From Nitrospirota bacterium (lineage in GTDB: Bacteria; Nitrospirota; UBA9217): DNA of 64,000 bases. The stretch covers positions 13,969 through 77,968 of the forward strand of contig JAOUEV010000008.1 in the NCBI GenBank assembly GCA_029858565.1, written 5' to 3'. Numbering within the stretch: the first letter of the stretch is position 1; each line of letters begins with the position of its first letter. Below the pieces are notes generated by a model that searched no databases, was not told where the DNA came from, and saw nothing but the letters and a program-made list of their open reading frames with translations. This document shows, in pieces, positions 26,044 to 37,004 of this stretch. A program made the translations under genes and the position numbers.

Positions 26044-27108
26044 ATGATACCCACCGTCGAATGGAAAGACGGCATCGTCCGCATGCTCAACCAGACCAAG
26101 CTCCCGACCGAGGTGGTCTACGAGGATTGCAAGGACTACCAGACCGTGGCGCGGGGCATCAAGGAGCTCTGGGTGCGCGGCGCGCCGGCCATCGGCGTCT
26201 CTGCTGCCATGGGCCTGGCACTCGGCGCCCGTCAGGTTGACGTGTCGGATTTCGATTCCTTCTGGCCCAAGTTCGAGGCGATCTGCGCAGAGATGGCGGC
26301 AACCCGCCCGACTGCAGTGAACCTGTTCTGGGCCATCGAGCGGGTGAAGCAGTTCGTGCAGGCGAACAAGGACAAGAGCATCGACGCCATCCGTGAGCTC
26401 CTGGTAAAGGAGTCCCAGCGCATACACGACGAGGACATCGCCGTGAACAAGCGCATCGGCGCCTACGGCGCTCCTTTCGTTTCCGACGACGACAACATCA
26501 TCACCCACTGCAACGCCGGTTCCATTGCAACAGCGGGCTACGGCACTGCCGAGGGCGTGATGCGCGCGGCGGTAGAGGAAGGCAAGAAGATCCACGTCTA
26601 TATGGACGAGACCCGGCCGGTACTCCAGGGAGCGCGGCTGACCGCCTGGGAACTGATGGAGGAGAAGATCCCCTGCACGCTCGTGACCGACAACATGGCG
26701 GGCTACCTCCTGTTCCACGACATGGTCGACCTGGCCATCGTGGGCGCAGACCGGATCGCAAAGAACGGCGATGTGGCAAACAAGATCGGCACCTATTCCC
26801 TTGCTGTCCTGTGCAAGGAGCACGGCATCCCGTTCTATGTTGCCGCTCCCTTCTCGACCATCGACTTCTCCACGGATTCGGGCGTTGATATTCCCATCGA
26901 GGAGCGGGACCCCCGCGAAGTGACCCACGTTTTCGGCAAGGTCCAGATCGCCCCCGACGGCGTGAACGTTCTCAATCCCGCCTTTGACGTGACCCCGGCG
27001 CGGTACATCACCGCCATCATCACGGAAAAAGGCGCTTTCCGGCCCCAGGACATCCACCACCTTTCCGATCCCAAGCGCGACACGGAACGTTTCCGCGTCC
27101 ATCCGTAG
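26044..27108 (+). CDS. mtnA: S-methyl-5-thioribose-1-phosphate isomerase
   Basis: VRGAPAIG, TRPTAVNL, THCNAG, ETRPVLQGARLT, NPAFDVTP. Confidence 0.95.
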   Translation: MIPTVEWKDGIVRMLNQTKLPTEVVYEDCKDYQTVARGIKELWVRGAPAIGVSAAMGLALGARQVDVSDFDSFWPKFEAICAEMAATRPTAVNLFWAIERVKQFVQANKDKSIDAIRELLVKESQRIHDEDIAVNKRIGAYGAPFVSDDDNIITHCNAGSIATAGYGTAEGVMRAAVEEGKKIHVYMDETRPVLQGARLTAWELMEEKIPCTLVTDNMAGYLLFHDMVDLAIVGADRIAKNGDVANKIGTYSLAVLCKEHGIPFYVAAPFSTIDFSTDSGVDIPIEERDPREVTHVFGKVQIAPDGVNVLNPAFDVTPARYITAIITEKGAFRPQDIHHLSDPKRDTERFRVHP

Positions 27109-27193
27109 CAGCCCCGCAGTCCCCGGCCGTTCCCGCAGCCCTGGGAACGGCCAATTTGCCCGCGCCCCACAATCTTTTCCCGCGGAGGACCTG

Positions 27194-28285
27194 ATGAAAC
27201 AGTCCATCGTTACACCTGTTCACACCCGGTCATCGGCAGTGATGACCGACTTTCAGGGCTGGCGCGTGCCCGCGCAGTACGGAGATCCGGCCGAGGAATA
27301 TCACGCCGTCAGGAACAACTCCGGCCTCTTTGATGTGTGCCACCTCGGAAGGCTGGAGGTGTCCGGTCCCGATGCACTCCAGGTTCTCCAGCCTCACTTT
27401 ACCAGGAACATCGGCATTCTCGACGAAGGCAGCGCGCTCTTCGGCCTCCTGTGCAACGACCAGGGAGGGATCCTCGACGCGGTACTCCTTTTCCGCCTAT
27501 TCAGCGAAAGCGCGGATCCGCGCTTTCTTGTCACAACCAGCCCGGCTGCTTTTGACCGAGTCAGAAAGCAGCTCTCTTCTCGGGCCTACGATCGTACCAG
27601 GATCACCGATACCACCGAATCGACCGCGCAGTTCGCTCTCCAGGGCCCCGGCTCCGATGCCGTGCTTGAAGCTGCGTCCGGATCTTCGTTCAAGCGGCTC
27701 AAGCGCAAGAAGCTCAAGAAATGCGAGATCAACGGCGTTCCGGTCCTGGTCTCGCGCACCGGGTTCACCGGCGAGCGGGGTTTCGAGCTATTTCTTCCTG
27801 CTGACAAGGCCGCGGACATCTGGACGTCGCTCCTGTCCGGCGGCAAGGCCCACGGTATGCTGCCCTGCGGCATGACCTGCCGCGAAATGCTGCGGATTGA
27901 AGCGGGCTACTGCCTCTCGGGAAGCGAACTTGACGGGACAAGGAACCCGGCGGAAGCCGGTCTCATGGCTTTTGTGGACCTGAATGCAGGGTTCCTTGCC
28001 AGGGACGCCGTCGCGGCATTCAAGACCTCTCCGCCCGCTTACCGGCTCATGGGATTCGAAGTCTTTGACAAGGGGATCCCCCGTCAGGGAGCGACCATCT
28101 TCTCCGAGGTCAAGGAAGTGGGCATCGTGACGAGCGGGATACACTCCATCTCCCGGCGGAAGGATATCGGCATGGGATATGCGCTCGAGCGCTACAGCCA
28201 GCCAGGACAGGAGATCGAGGTCGAGATCAAGGACCGGGAGGTTGCGGCCAGGATCCTGGCAATGCCATTTTACCGGAAAAAGTAG
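27194..28285 (+). CDS. gcvT: Aminomethyltransferase family protein (GcvT-like)
   Basis: GLFDVCHLG, SRTGFTGERGFE, LRIEAG, PFY C-terminus. Confidence 0.75.
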   Translation: MKQSIVTPVHTRSSAVMTDFQGWRVPAQYGDPAEEYHAVRNNSGLFDVCHLGRLEVSGPDALQVLQPHFTRNIGILDEGSALFGLLCNDQGGILDAVLLFRLFSESADPRFLVTTSPAAFDRVRKQLSSRAYDRTRITDTTESTAQFALQGPGSDAVLEAASGSSFKRLKRKKLKKCEINGVPVLVSRTGFTGERGFELFLPADKAADIWTSLLSGGKAHGMLPCGMTCREMLRIEAGYCLSGSELDGTRNPAEAGLMAFVDLNAGFLARDAVAAFKTSPPAYRLMGFEVFDKGIPRQGATIFSEVKEVGIVTSGIHSISRRKDIGMGYALERYSQPGQEIEVEIKDREVAARILAMPFYRKK

Positions 28286-28304
28286 CCCGCGCCGTAATGC
28301 TAAA

Positions 28305-28335
28305 AAAAGCCCGGTTCTCATCGAACCGGGCTTTT
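28305..28335. terminator. Bidirectional intrinsic terminator
   Basis: AAAAGCCCGGTTC-tcatc-GAACCGGGCTTTT between convergent genes. Confidence 0.75.
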
Positions 28336-28352
28336 CCGTTCCAGACGGGACA

Positions 28353-29144
28353 TCAGAACTGCTTGGTAAAACTCAGCGTGTACAGATGGGTCTTGAATCC
28401 CGGCGTCTGCTCATCGGTTTTTTTCGCTTCCTGCAGTACCGAGCTGAGGGTCAGTCCCCAGGGAGTGTAAATGAGATCTGCGCCGTAGGATGTGGTCGTG
28501 TACGCGGGGACGTCGGTCTCGAAACTGTTCCCCTGGCTGTCGGTTATCGTCATGGTCCCCTGCATGCTCTGGGCCATGGCAAAAGGCGACAGGTTGAAAT
28601 CTCCGAGCTTCACGCCGAGCTGCAGACCGGCCTGGGCGCCGTAATAAAATCCGAACAAGGTCGATGAATAGGTCTGGCCCATGATGGTCGTTTCCATGGA
28701 ACCGGGAGTCATGATCATTGCGGGACCCAGGAAGATGATCGTGCTCAGGATATCGCCTTTATAGGGCTGGACTTCCAGGTTCGCCGAGAACGGCATGTTC
28801 ATCAAGGTCATGGTTGCATCTGAGCCTGTCGTCAGCGGATCGGTACTCTTGAATTCGGCGTTCATGAACAGGAAACCGAATGCGATGTCGCCCGCAAAAT
28901 GCTCGCTGAACGCGGTTCTGCCGACAAAATCGATACCGCCGCCTTTCATGTCCATGCCCTGGCCTTCAATGGTCAGATAGGTGAATCGGAACTTTCCTTC
29001 CCCCTTGCCTGCCTCAAAATAGGGCGAGGCGATCGGCGGAGGCGCTACCGAAAAATTGGTCTGTTCGGCCCGCGCCGGAGCGCTTGCCAGGATGACGCAG
29101 AGCGTGAACAACAACACCGGCAGCAGGATCTTATGATTCCTCAT
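28353..29144 (-). CDS. Putative outer-membrane beta-barrel protein
   Basis: Signal peptide, alternating beta-strand pattern, terminal Phe. Confidence 0.65.
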   Translation of the reverse strand: MRNHKILLPVLLFTLCVILASAPARAEQTNFSVAPPPIASPYFEAGKGEGKFRFTYLTIEGQGMDMKGGGIDFVGRTAFSEHFAGDIAFGFLFMNAEFKSTDPLTTGSDATMTLMNMPFSANLEVQPYKGDILSTIIFLGPAMIMTPGSMETTIMGQTYSSTLFGFYYGAQAGLQLGVKLGDFNLSPFAMAQSMQGTMTITDSQGNSFETDVPAYTTTSYGADLIYTPWGLTLSSVLQEAKKTDEQTPGFKTHLYTLSFTKQF

Positions 29145-29396
29145 ATTCAGTACCCCCTTTCGTGCGTTTCCAACTCGTCACGATTATTCGAAATATTCCG
29201 ATCTTCGGTCACCGCCACACACATCCTGCGGGACTCGCGGGAATCGCTATCCGGCTCAAGGCTATATCTATATATAACAAATTTCGGCGAAGAACTTCCC
29301 TCTTTTTTTCGTTGATCCTGATGATCCTTTTCGGGGAGCGACCGCACCGGAGCCAAACCGCTTGTTTTAGGAATTTGCGGGTTGTATATTAGAAAT

Positions 29397-31832
29397 ATGG
29401 AAACTAAAAAGACCGTTATCCCGGTAAAAGGAATGACCTGCGTCAACTGCGCCGCAGCCATCCAGAAGGACATCTCCCGGCTCGCCGGCGTCATGAACGC
29501 TAACGTGAATTTCGCCAACGAGAAAGCGGTGGTCGAGTTCGATCCCGCGTCCGTGGGCCTGCCCAAGTTCATTGCCACGATCAACGAGCTCGGGTATAAG
29601 GCCGTGACCGAGACCGTGACCATCCCGGTCATTGACCTTGACGCGACCCGCGTACCGGAGCTCGAACAGATCGCCGCGGGGATCGACGGCGTCATAAAAA
29701 GCCGGGTCAACGCCGGGGCAGGCTCCGTAGACATCGAATACGTCCCCGGCCAGATAAGCCTGCGCGACATCCGCCGGACGATCCAGAAGGAAGGGTTCCG
29801 GCTTTTTGAACAGGCAGAAGGCCGCTCAGCTCTCGATATCGAGAAAGAAGCGCGTGAGCGGGAACTTTCCGAGCTCAAGACCAAGCTGGTCATCAGCGGC
29901 GTGCTTGCGGGGCTGGTGATGATCGGAAGCATGCAGGACATGTTCCCGGTCATTTCATTCCTTCCCCGCCGCACCATGTGGTTCGTTCTCCTGGCGCTCA
30001 CCGCGCCGGTGCAGTTCTGGGCCGGCAGACATTTCTACCAGAACGCCTGGGCGTCGCTCAAGCACGGCAGTTCCAATATGAACACCCTGGTGGTTGTCGG
30101 CACCTCGGCTGCCTTCGGGTACAGCGCGGTCCTGACGTTCTTCCCCGACCTCCTGGGCCATACCGCGGGCCACGGCGGGGTCTACTACGATACCTCGGCC
30201 ACGATCATAACGCTCATCCTCTTCGGAAAGTTCATGGAAGCACGCGCCAAGAGCCGGGCGGGAGAAGCTATCAAGAAGCTCATGGGCCTTCAGCCCCGCA
30301 CTGCGCGGGTCCTGCGCGAGGGAGCGGAGCGCGACATCCCGATCGAAGAGGTCGAGGCAGGCGATCTTATCATCGTGCGGCCCGGTGAGAAAGTCCCGGT
30401 GGACGGCGTCATCCGGAGCGGTTCCTCCTCCCTGGACGAGTCCATGCTCACCGGCGAAAGCCTGCCGGTTGATAAGCGGGCCGGGGATACGGTGATCGGC
30501 GCGACCCTGAACAAGACCGGATCCTTCACTTTCGAAGCGACCAAAGTGGGCATGGACACCATGCTGTCCCAGATCATCCGCATGGTCCAGGAGGCCCAGG
30601 GCTCCAAAGCCCCGATCCAGCGGCTTGCCGATTACATCTCCAGCATCTTCGTGCCCACGGTCATCGGGATCAGCATCGTTACCTTCCTGGCCTGGTACTT
30701 CCTTGGACCTGTTGAGAACCGGTTCACCATGGCCCTGGTGAACTTCATCGCGGTCCTGATCATTGCCTGCCCCTGCGCCATGGGCCTGGCAACACCCACA
30801 GCCATCATGGTCGGCACCGGCAAGGGTGCCGAGCACGGCATCCTGTTCAAAAACGCCGAAAGTCTCGAGCGGGCCCAGAAGATCGACACCATCGTGCTGG
30901 ACAAGACCGGCACCCTGACGCGCGGCGAGCCCAAGGTGACCGATATCGTGCACTCGGGGTTCGACGAACGGGAGATCCTCTCACTTGCGGCGTCCGCGGA
31001 AAAGGGCTCCGAACACCCCCTGGGTGAGGCGATCGTTCGTGGCGCTGTCGAACGCGGCATATCACCGGACAGCGCGGACGAATTCGAGGCCCTGCCCGGT
31101 CATGGCATCCGAGCCATGGTCAGAGGCAAAGAGATCGTTCTCGGCAATGAGAAGCTCTTCTCTGACCGCGGCATGGACCTTGGCACGCTCAGGACCGATG
31201 GGGAGCAGCTCTCCTCCCAGGGAAAAACACCCATGTTCCTGGCCATTGACAATAGACCTGTGGGTATCATCGCGGTCGCGGATACGGTCAAGGAACATTC
31301 CCGTGAAGCGGTCGCCCGGCTCAAGGAAATGGGACTTGAGGTCGTGATGCTCACCGGTGACAATCGCCGGACCGCCGAAGCCATCGCAAAGGAGCTGAAT
31401 ATCGACCGGGTGCTGGCAGAGGTTCTGCCCCAGGATAAAATGGACAATGTGAAGAAGCTTCAGGCTGAGGGGCGGGTGGTGGCCATGGTAGGCGACGGGA
31501 TCAATGACGCGCCCGCCCTTACCCAGGCGGACGTGGGCATCGCCATAGGAACAGGCACCGACGTGGCCATCGAGGCCTCGGACGTCACGCTCATCAAGGA
31601 CGACCTCCGCGCTGTGGCAGACGCGATCAGGCTCTCAAAACGCACCATGGCGACGATCAAGCAGAACCTATTCTGGGCGTTCTTCTACAATATCATCGGA
31701 ATACCGGTTGCCGCAGGGGCGCTCTACCCCTTCTTCCGCCTCCTGCTGAACCCGATGATCGCCTCGGCTGCCATGGCCTTCAGCTCCGTCAGCGTGGTGA
31801 CCAACTCGCTCAGACTGAAGCGCTTCAGGTAG
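29397..31832 (+). CDS. copA: Cu(I)-translocating P1B-type ATPase
   Basis: GMTCVNC metal-binding domain, TGES, CPC, DKTGT, SEHPL, GDGIND, YN and MAFSS. Confidence 0.93.
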   Translation: METKKTVIPVKGMTCVNCAAAIQKDISRLAGVMNANVNFANEKAVVEFDPASVGLPKFIATINELGYKAVTETVTIPVIDLDATRVPELEQIAAGIDGVIKSRVNAGAGSVDIEYVPGQISLRDIRRTIQKEGFRLFEQAEGRSALDIEKEARERELSELKTKLVISGVLAGLVMIGSMQDMFPVISFLPRRTMWFVLLALTAPVQFWAGRHFYQNAWASLKHGSSNMNTLVVVGTSAAFGYSAVLTFFPDLLGHTAGHGGVYYDTSATIITLILFGKFMEARAKSRAGEAIKKLMGLQPRTARVLREGAERDIPIEEVEAGDLIIVRPGEKVPVDGVIRSGSSSLDESMLTGESLPVDKRAGDTVIGATLNKTGSFTFEATKVGMDTMLSQIIRMVQEAQGSKAPIQRLADYISSIFVPTVIGISIVTFLAWYFLGPVENRFTMALVNFIAVLIIACPCAMGLATPTAIMVGTGKGAEHGILFKNAESLERAQKIDTIVLDKTGTLTRGEPKVTDIVHSGFDEREILSLAASAEKGSEHPLGEAIVRGAVERGISPDSADEFEALPGHGIRAMVRGKEIVLGNEKLFSDRGMDLGTLRTDGEQLSSQGKTPMFLAIDNRPVGIIAVADTVKEHSREAVARLKEMGLEVVMLTGDNRRTAEAIAKELNIDRVLAEVLPQDKMDNVKKLQAEGRVVAMVGDGINDAPALTQADVGIAIGTGTDVAIEASDVTLIKDDLRAVADAIRLSKRTMATIKQNLFWAFFYNIIGIPVAAGALYPFFRLLLNPMIASAAMAFSSVSVVTNSLRLKRFR

Positions 31833-31844
31833 ATAAGTAAACTC

Positions 31845-31985
31845 TGAGATCCGCAGATTCCAAAAGTAGGCGCTTCTAAGCGACACAGATTACGCTGATT
31901 CAATCACCGAACAACATCATGTTGTTACGACCAAATCTGCGTTAATCGGCGTAATCTGTGGATACATTTCTTTTCGCCTCTGCGG
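31845..31985. repeat. Intergenic inverted repeat with CAGAT/ATCTG units
   Basis: ATCCGCAGATT..ACACAGATTACGCTGATT ... AATCTGCGTTAATCGGCGTAATCTGTGGAT. Confidence 0.55.
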
Positions 31986-31997
31986 TAAAATAAGCTC

Positions 31998-32465
31998 ATG
32001 AAGTTCATTGCCGATGCCATGCTGGGCAAGCTCGAGAAACGGCTCAGGCTGCTCGGGTTCGATGTCCTCTATGATGCAGCCCTGCCGGACAATGAGATCA
32101 TCATGCTTTCCCGGGAATCAGGCAGAACGATCCTGACACGGGACACAGGACTGGCCTCCCGGCCGCTGGCCGAGCATCACCTGCTCATTCTGAGCGATCA
32201 TGTCAACGAGCAGATCGCCCAGGTTCTCAGCGCCTTCCCCGCTCCCCCTGCGGAGGAAGCGCTCACGCGCTGCTCTATGTGCAACGAAACTCTTCTTCCC
32301 ATCGAGTTGAAAGATGCAGCCGACCGCATTCCACAGTTCATCGCCCAATCGAAAAGGACCTATCTTTCCTGTCCGGTCTGCGAAAGGGTCTACTGGAGAG
32401 GGACCCATGTCCGGCGGTTGGAAGCATCCGGGAACCTGCTGCATAAAAAAAGCCGGCGTCCCTGA
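31998..32465 (+). CDS. Mut7-C RNase (PIN-like) domain protein
   Basis: FIADAMLGKL..RLRLLGFD, ILTRD, RCSMCN, CPVCERVYWRGTH. Confidence 0.85.
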   Translation: MKFIADAMLGKLEKRLRLLGFDVLYDAALPDNEIIMLSRESGRTILTRDTGLASRPLAEHHLLILSDHVNEQIAQVLSAFPAPPAEEALTRCSMCNETLLPIELKDAADRIPQFIAQSKRTYLSCPVCERVYWRGTHVRRLEASGNLLHKKSRRP

Positions 32466-32480
32466 GGATGCAGGCTTTTG
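32446..32480. terminator. Putative bidirectional terminator
   Basis: AAAAGCC..CGTCC...GGATG..GGCTTTT imperfect stem between convergent genes. Confidence 0.45.
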
Positions 32481-32503
32481 CTCTGTTCTGGTTTCAACGA
32501 CCT

Positions 32504-33040
32504 TTAGATGAAATGATAGGTGAACCCGAAATCAAGAGACGTGACCTTGCCGTCCTCATCCGTACCCGGGGTGTCGAAGGTGATATTTCTCCTTGTCAGT
32601 CCCGCGTTGAAGGACAGTTCGGGGAATAGATAAATGTCCATCCCGATACCGAACTGTGTGCCAGTCCCGTTCACGCTCGCACTGCCGGTCTCAAGAGTAT
32701 ACCTGCCGAATCCCACGAGCACGTAAGGTTCGATATTGCTGCCGGACAGCGGCAGGTTGAGCTTCAAGTCCAGGGTCCCGGCCTTCAGGTCCGTTGACCC
32801 GCCTCCGGTCCTGTCATGCTCCGTCTTCCAGATGGCGCCCTCAAGGGCAAGATAACGGTTCAGACCGAAACCCGCGCGGAGCCCCAGTCCATTGCCCGCA
32901 TCCAGGACCTCAGGGGAGTTGATCTCCCCGCTGATATCATTGAACAGCATATTCACGCCAAGATAGAATCCGCTCTTTGCCGACGCAGGTGCGGCGATCA
33001 GCAAACAGGCGAGTACCGCCAGCATAAGGGTCTTTTTCAT
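32504..33040 (-). CDS. Outer-membrane beta-barrel protein (OmpW/OmpA-TM-like)
   Basis: Signal peptide; GFYLG, PYVLVGFG, FGFTYHF. Confidence 0.75.
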   Translation of the reverse strand: MKKTLMLAVLACLLIAAPASAKSGFYLGVNMLFNDISGEINSPEVLDAGNGLGLRAGFGLNRYLALEGAIWKTEHDRTGGGSTDLKAGTLDLKLNLPLSGSNIEPYVLVGFGRYTLETGSASVNGTGTQFGIGMDIYLFPELSFNAGLTRRNITFDTPGTDEDGKVTSLDFGFTYHFI

Positions 33041-33069
33041 GTTGATTCTCCTTTCAGGATAATGCGTGA

Positions 33070-34011
33070 TTATTGAACCGCTCCCGAAGGCTGCGTTGTT
33101 TCCAGCGGCCGCTCGGTCCCTGGAGATGCTGCGTTCACATCCCCGGAAGGCGCGACCGTGGACGGCGCTGTTGTTGTTGTGGCCTGGGGCTGGGAAATGG
33201 CCGGTTTTGGCTTTCGTGGCTTCGGCCGTTCTATTTCAACTTTCGGAGCGATGATGCCTGCTGCGGTCACTGCTAGGTCGCGGACCACGGCATGCATCGG
33301 CATATTGAGCGCAAGTTCCTTGCCGTTGAGCTGAAGTTTTGCCGCGCCTGCGCTCGCAAAACTGACCAGAAACCGCTCATCTGCGCTCCAGGTAACGGTT
33401 TCACCTTTCTTCAGCACGGCTTTTTTCTGCGGACTCGCATCGGTCCGTACCAGGACCCATACATCCTCCAATGCAGTCACTTCAAGATAGAGCTTGTCCT
33501 GCCTTACCGTTGCCGTTGAGGTGGAAACGACCGGTGCGGTATCAGACGGAGCAGTATGCAGGGGAACGGACACTTGCGGCTCCGAATGGATCCCGGGAAG
33601 GATGGCAAAAACAAGACTTGCGCAGACAATGACCACCACGGCGCCCCACAGGTAGGTATCGAAACCGGTCCCGCTGGAATCATCGGCGATCCGGTCGCTC
33701 GGGGCGGCATCCTTCCTGGGCGGCGCGGAGTGTTCCTGTTTCGGCGCTCCGACGGCCGCGGCGGAAACCGGCGCCGAGGGCGCCCGCAGCTCAGCATACC
33801 GCCGCACGACCTCTTCCTCGGGCACTCCGAGAAACCGCGCGTAGTTCTTCAAAAATCCTTTGACAAAGACCTCGCCCGGCAGTTTTGAGAAATCCTCGTT
33901 CTCGATCGCCGAGAGATAAGCGTAGCTGATCCTGGTCTGCTGGGCCGCCTCCCGCAGATCTAGGCCGCGCGTTTCCCGCGCGGTGCGCAGATATGTTCCT
34001 AGTGTTCCCAT
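33070..34011 (-). CDS. rodZ: Cytoskeleton protein RodZ-like (HTH + TM + DUF4115)
   Basis: LGTYLRTARE, YLSAIENEDFSKLPGEVFVKGFLKNYARFLG, one TM segment. Confidence 0.8.
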   Translation of the reverse strand: MGTLGTYLRTARETRGLDLREAAQQTRISYAYLSAIENEDFSKLPGEVFVKGFLKNYARFLGVPEEEVVRRYAELRAPSAPVSAAAVGAPKQEHSAPPRKDAAPSDRIADDSSGTGFDTYLWGAVVVIVCASLVFAILPGIHSEPQVSVPLHTAPSDTAPVVSTSTATVRQDKLYLEVTALEDVWVLVRTDASPQKKAVLKKGETVTWSADERFLVSFASAGAAKLQLNGKELALNMPMHAVVRDLAVTAAGIIAPKVEIERPKPRKPKPAISQPQATTTTAPSTVAPSGDVNAASPGTERPLETTQPSGAVQ

Positions 34012-34026
34012 GGCCGCTCCTCGGCG

Positions 34027-34806
34027 CTACCTGTTCTTCTTGGTCTTGCTTTCGTCCTTCTCAAGCGTCGTCACGTAGTCCTGCGCCGTTCTGGCCATTT
34101 CGGTCTTTGGCGCAAGTTCGGTCACTTTTCTGAACTCGGAAATCGCGGCCCGTTTGTTGCCGGACTTCAGATGCGCCATGGCGAGCGCAAACCGCATGTC
34201 CGGATTCTTTGGGGACAAGGCCGCGCCCTCCTGCAGTTCCGCGAGGGCCTCCCGCACATTCCCTGCGGCGATCATGGCCATGCCGAGCTTATATACCGCT
34301 ATATCCTGATTCACGAGGCGCTTCGATTCCAGGTAGGCTTCAGTGGCCTTGCCGTATTCCCGCTGTGCCATGAACATATCACCCAAGTTCAGATAGGGAA
34401 CATGAGGAGTAGAATAGATCTTGTTCTCCAGGGCCTTTTGAAAGGACTTTTGCGCGTTCTTCCATTTTTGCTGTTTCGTATAGATGACACCCAGAGCATT
34501 ATGGGCTTCCGAAAATTCCGAGTCGATATCCAGGGCTTCCTCGTAAAACTTCTCCGCATCCGCATATTTGCCCATCATATCGTTCACAACGCCAAGGGCA
34601 TAGTACGACAGCTTATACTTTGAATCGGTCTTGATCGAGCGCTGGAATTCCACCAATGCATGTTCGAAATCCCGCATCTGCAGATAGTTTATTCCCCGGT
34701 CGTAATACCCCTGGGCCATCTTCGTTTTTGCAGAGAGTTCGTTCGTTCCCGTGCTGGCGCAGGCGGAAAGCAACAGGAGCAGAATCGGCAATAGTGTTCG
34801 TATCAT
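34027..34806 (-). CDS. TPR lipoprotein, PilF/PilW/Tgl-like
   Basis: Lipobox LSAC, multiple TPRs, upstream of rodZ. Confidence 0.75.
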   Translation of the reverse strand: MIRTLLPILLLLLSACASTGTNELSAKTKMAQGYYDRGINYLQMRDFEHALVEFQRSIKTDSKYKLSYYALGVVNDMMGKYADAEKFYEEALDIDSEFSEAHNALGVIYTKQQKWKNAQKSFQKALENKIYSTPHVPYLNLGDMFMAQREYGKATEAYLESKRLVNQDIAVYKLGMAMIAAGNVREALAELQEGAALSPKNPDMRFALAMAHLKSGNKRAAISEFRKVTELAPKTEMARTAQDYVTTLEKDESKTKKNR

Positions 34807-34823
34807 GAATATGTGCGCTCCTT

Positions 34824-35972
34824 TCAGAATGATGCCAACAACCGGGCCAAAGCTTCCTTGTCACGGGTGACCACGCCTGATGCAGGCTGAGCCACCCTTA
34901 CTGTTTTCGGTTTCGGCGGCTTCACCACACCTTGTTTTATCGCTTCCTCAAATAGAGACCGCGGCTTCCGGTCGTGCTGCTCAACTTCGAATTCAACAGC
35001 GACCTCATCCTCGGTCTCCTCCTCCCGGACCGGCGGTGACACAGCTTTCGTGGCCGCTGGCTTCTTCTTTGCCGGTACTTTCGGCGGTGACGGCATCGTT
35101 GCCCGCGGTTCAGGTTTCTTCTCGGCCACCTGATCTTCAGGATGCTCCAGCACGGGAGGTTCTTCCAGTACCGGCGGTGCATAGTGCTCCGCGGGAGAAT
35201 GCGGCACCGGTGGTGTGTAACCCTGTTCAGGCTGATACGTGTGAGCAACAGACTGCTTCGGAGGATATGCCTCCGCCGCCGGCGGTTGCTGTGGTTGAGC
35301 ATGCGTCGGCGCTGGCGGATATCCTGCCGGGTATTGCTGTGGAGGATGTTGATTGATCGGCTGCGCCGTTTGTGGAGGCATCGGCTGATATGCAGGCGGC
35401 TGCTGAGGGGCCGGTGTATACGGCGTGATCGGCGGCGTCTGCTGTATCTGCCCCTGCTGGGGAACCGGCTGCGGAGCGGGCGCGGGCGAAGCAGGTACTT
35501 CCACCTGCTCGATCACGGACGGAGCCTGTGGTTCTGACGCCGCGGCCGTCCGGGGCGCCGCAGCAGCCACCGGCTTTTCCTCCGGCGCAGTGCTTTTATA
35601 ACCGAAGATCAGCTGTTCTTCGATCCAGTGGTTCCGATCGTCGACAGCCATGCCGCTCACGTTGATCTCATCGAGAAGAAAACCCATCTCTTCGGCAAAG
35701 TTCCTTGCCTCGTCCTCAACGTCCTGCTGCGCTTCAAAGGGAAAAGGGTTCGACGTGTAGGTGTAGAAGAACTTTTGGTCAACGTGGGTCAGATAAAGCC
35801 CGATGAAAGCGGAAAGGTTCGGTCCCTCGCTGAAAAAGAGGATATAGCACCGAGCTTCTTCGCTCGCATAGCCCGGCATGGCCACGGGATGGCTGTTCAT
35901 CGAGTAAAGGATCTTGAAGATGTTCCGTTCCTTGACCTTCAGATCCTTCAGGCTTTCATTGATGGTGAACAT
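34824..35972 (-). CDS. Conserved protein with a Pro/Gln-rich linker, of the type found upstream of tgl in delta-type bacteria
   Basis: N-domain ..SMNSHPVAMPG..EARNFAEEMGFLLD and C-terminal ALARLLASF (recalled similarity, not searched). Confidence 0.6.
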   Translation of the reverse strand: MFTINESLKDLKVKERNIFKILYSMNSHPVAMPGYASEEARCYILFFSEGPNLSAFIGLYLTHVDQKFFYTYTSNPFPFEAQQDVEDEARNFAEEMGFLLDEINVSGMAVDDRNHWIEEQLIFGYKSTAPEEKPVAAAAPRTAAASEPQAPSVIEQVEVPASPAPAPQPVPQQGQIQQTPPITPYTPAPQQPPAYQPMPPQTAQPINQHPPQQYPAGYPPAPTHAQPQQPPAAEAYPPKQSVAHTYQPEQGYTPPVPHSPAEHYAPPVLEEPPVLEHPEDQVAEKKPEPRATMPSPPKVPAKKKPAATKAVSPPVREEETEDEVAVEFEVEQHDRKPRSLFEEAIKQGVVKPPKPKTVRVAQPASGVVTRDKEALARLLASF

Positions 35973-36035
35973 GGGCCTACCTAAGTGGGAAAAGCATCCG
36001 CGCCGGACAGAGTCGCTCCGTTCCGGTCAGCGGTG

Positions 36036-36944
36036 TTAAATATCCTCGAAGTGCGTCAGTTTCTTGAACTCCCGGTACCGGGCCTCGATCTCCTTGTAGT
36101 CCAGGCTCCGGAGCCTGTCCAGACTGAAGGACTCGACATTCAGCGACGCCATCACGCTGCCGAAGACAACCGCCTGCCGCATGCTGGCCTCGGAGAAGTT
36201 CTGCGTATTCGCCAGGTATCCCATGAAACCGCCGGCAAAGGTATCGCCTGCACCCGTCGGATCGAACACATTCTCCAGCGGATACGCCGGAGCGCTGAAC
36301 ACGCTGTGGCCGCTGAACATGAGCGCTCCGTAGCTCCCCTGCTTCACCACGATGGTCTTCGGCCCCATGGCCTGGACCGCCCGGGCCGCCTTGACCAGGC
36401 TGGATTCTCCGGCAAGCTGCCTGATCTCGGCCTCGTTGATCGTCAGAAGATCGACTTCTTTGAGCGTACGTTTGAGCGCGTCAAGCTTGCTCGATATCCA
36501 GTAGTTCATGGTGTCGCAGGCGACCAGCTTCGGCCGCTTCACCTGGCGCAGCACATCGAGTTGGATATCGGGATCGATGTTCGCCAGGAACACCACCTCG
36601 GTCTTTTTGTAGTCATCAATAATGGTCGGCTTGAACGTAGCCAGCACATTCAGGTCCGTCGCCAGCGTGCGCGCTTCGTTGAGGTCGAAACCATACTCGC
36701 CTTTCCAGCGAAAGGTCTCGCCTTTCTGCACTTCGAGACCGCGGACATCTACATTCCTGCTCTTTAGAAAGCTGATATGCTCCTTCGGAAAGTCCTCCCC
36801 GATCACCGCGACCAGACGGACATCGGTGAAATAGCTTGCGGACGTGGAAAAGTAGGTTGCTGATCCGCCCAGGGCATTGTCCACGTTCCCGAAAGGCGTT
36901 TTGACCGAATCCAGTGCGACCGTACCGACAACGAGCAAACTCAC
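36036..36944 (-). CDS. PfkB family sugar/nucleoside kinase
   Basis: GGSATYF, DPTGAGDTFAGGF; GTG start after GGAGG. Confidence 0.9.
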   Translation of the reverse strand: MSLLVVGTVALDSVKTPFGNVDNALGGSATYFSTSASYFTDVRLVAVIGEDFPKEHISFLKSRNVDVRGLEVQKGETFRWKGEYGFDLNEARTLATDLNVLATFKPTIIDDYKKTEVVFLANIDPDIQLDVLRQVKRPKLVACDTMNYWISSKLDALKRTLKEVDLLTINEAEIRQLAGESSLVKAARAVQAMGPKTIVVKQGSYGALMFSGHSVFSAPAYPLENVFDPTGAGDTFAGGFMGYLANTQNFSEASMRQAVVFGSVMASLNVESFSLDRLRSLDYKEIEARYREFKKLTHFEDI

Positions 36945-37004
36945 TTGAAAACCCTCCAAAATGAACTGTGTTATTTGGAAGGGGTTGATGTACCCCCTTA
37001 CCCC

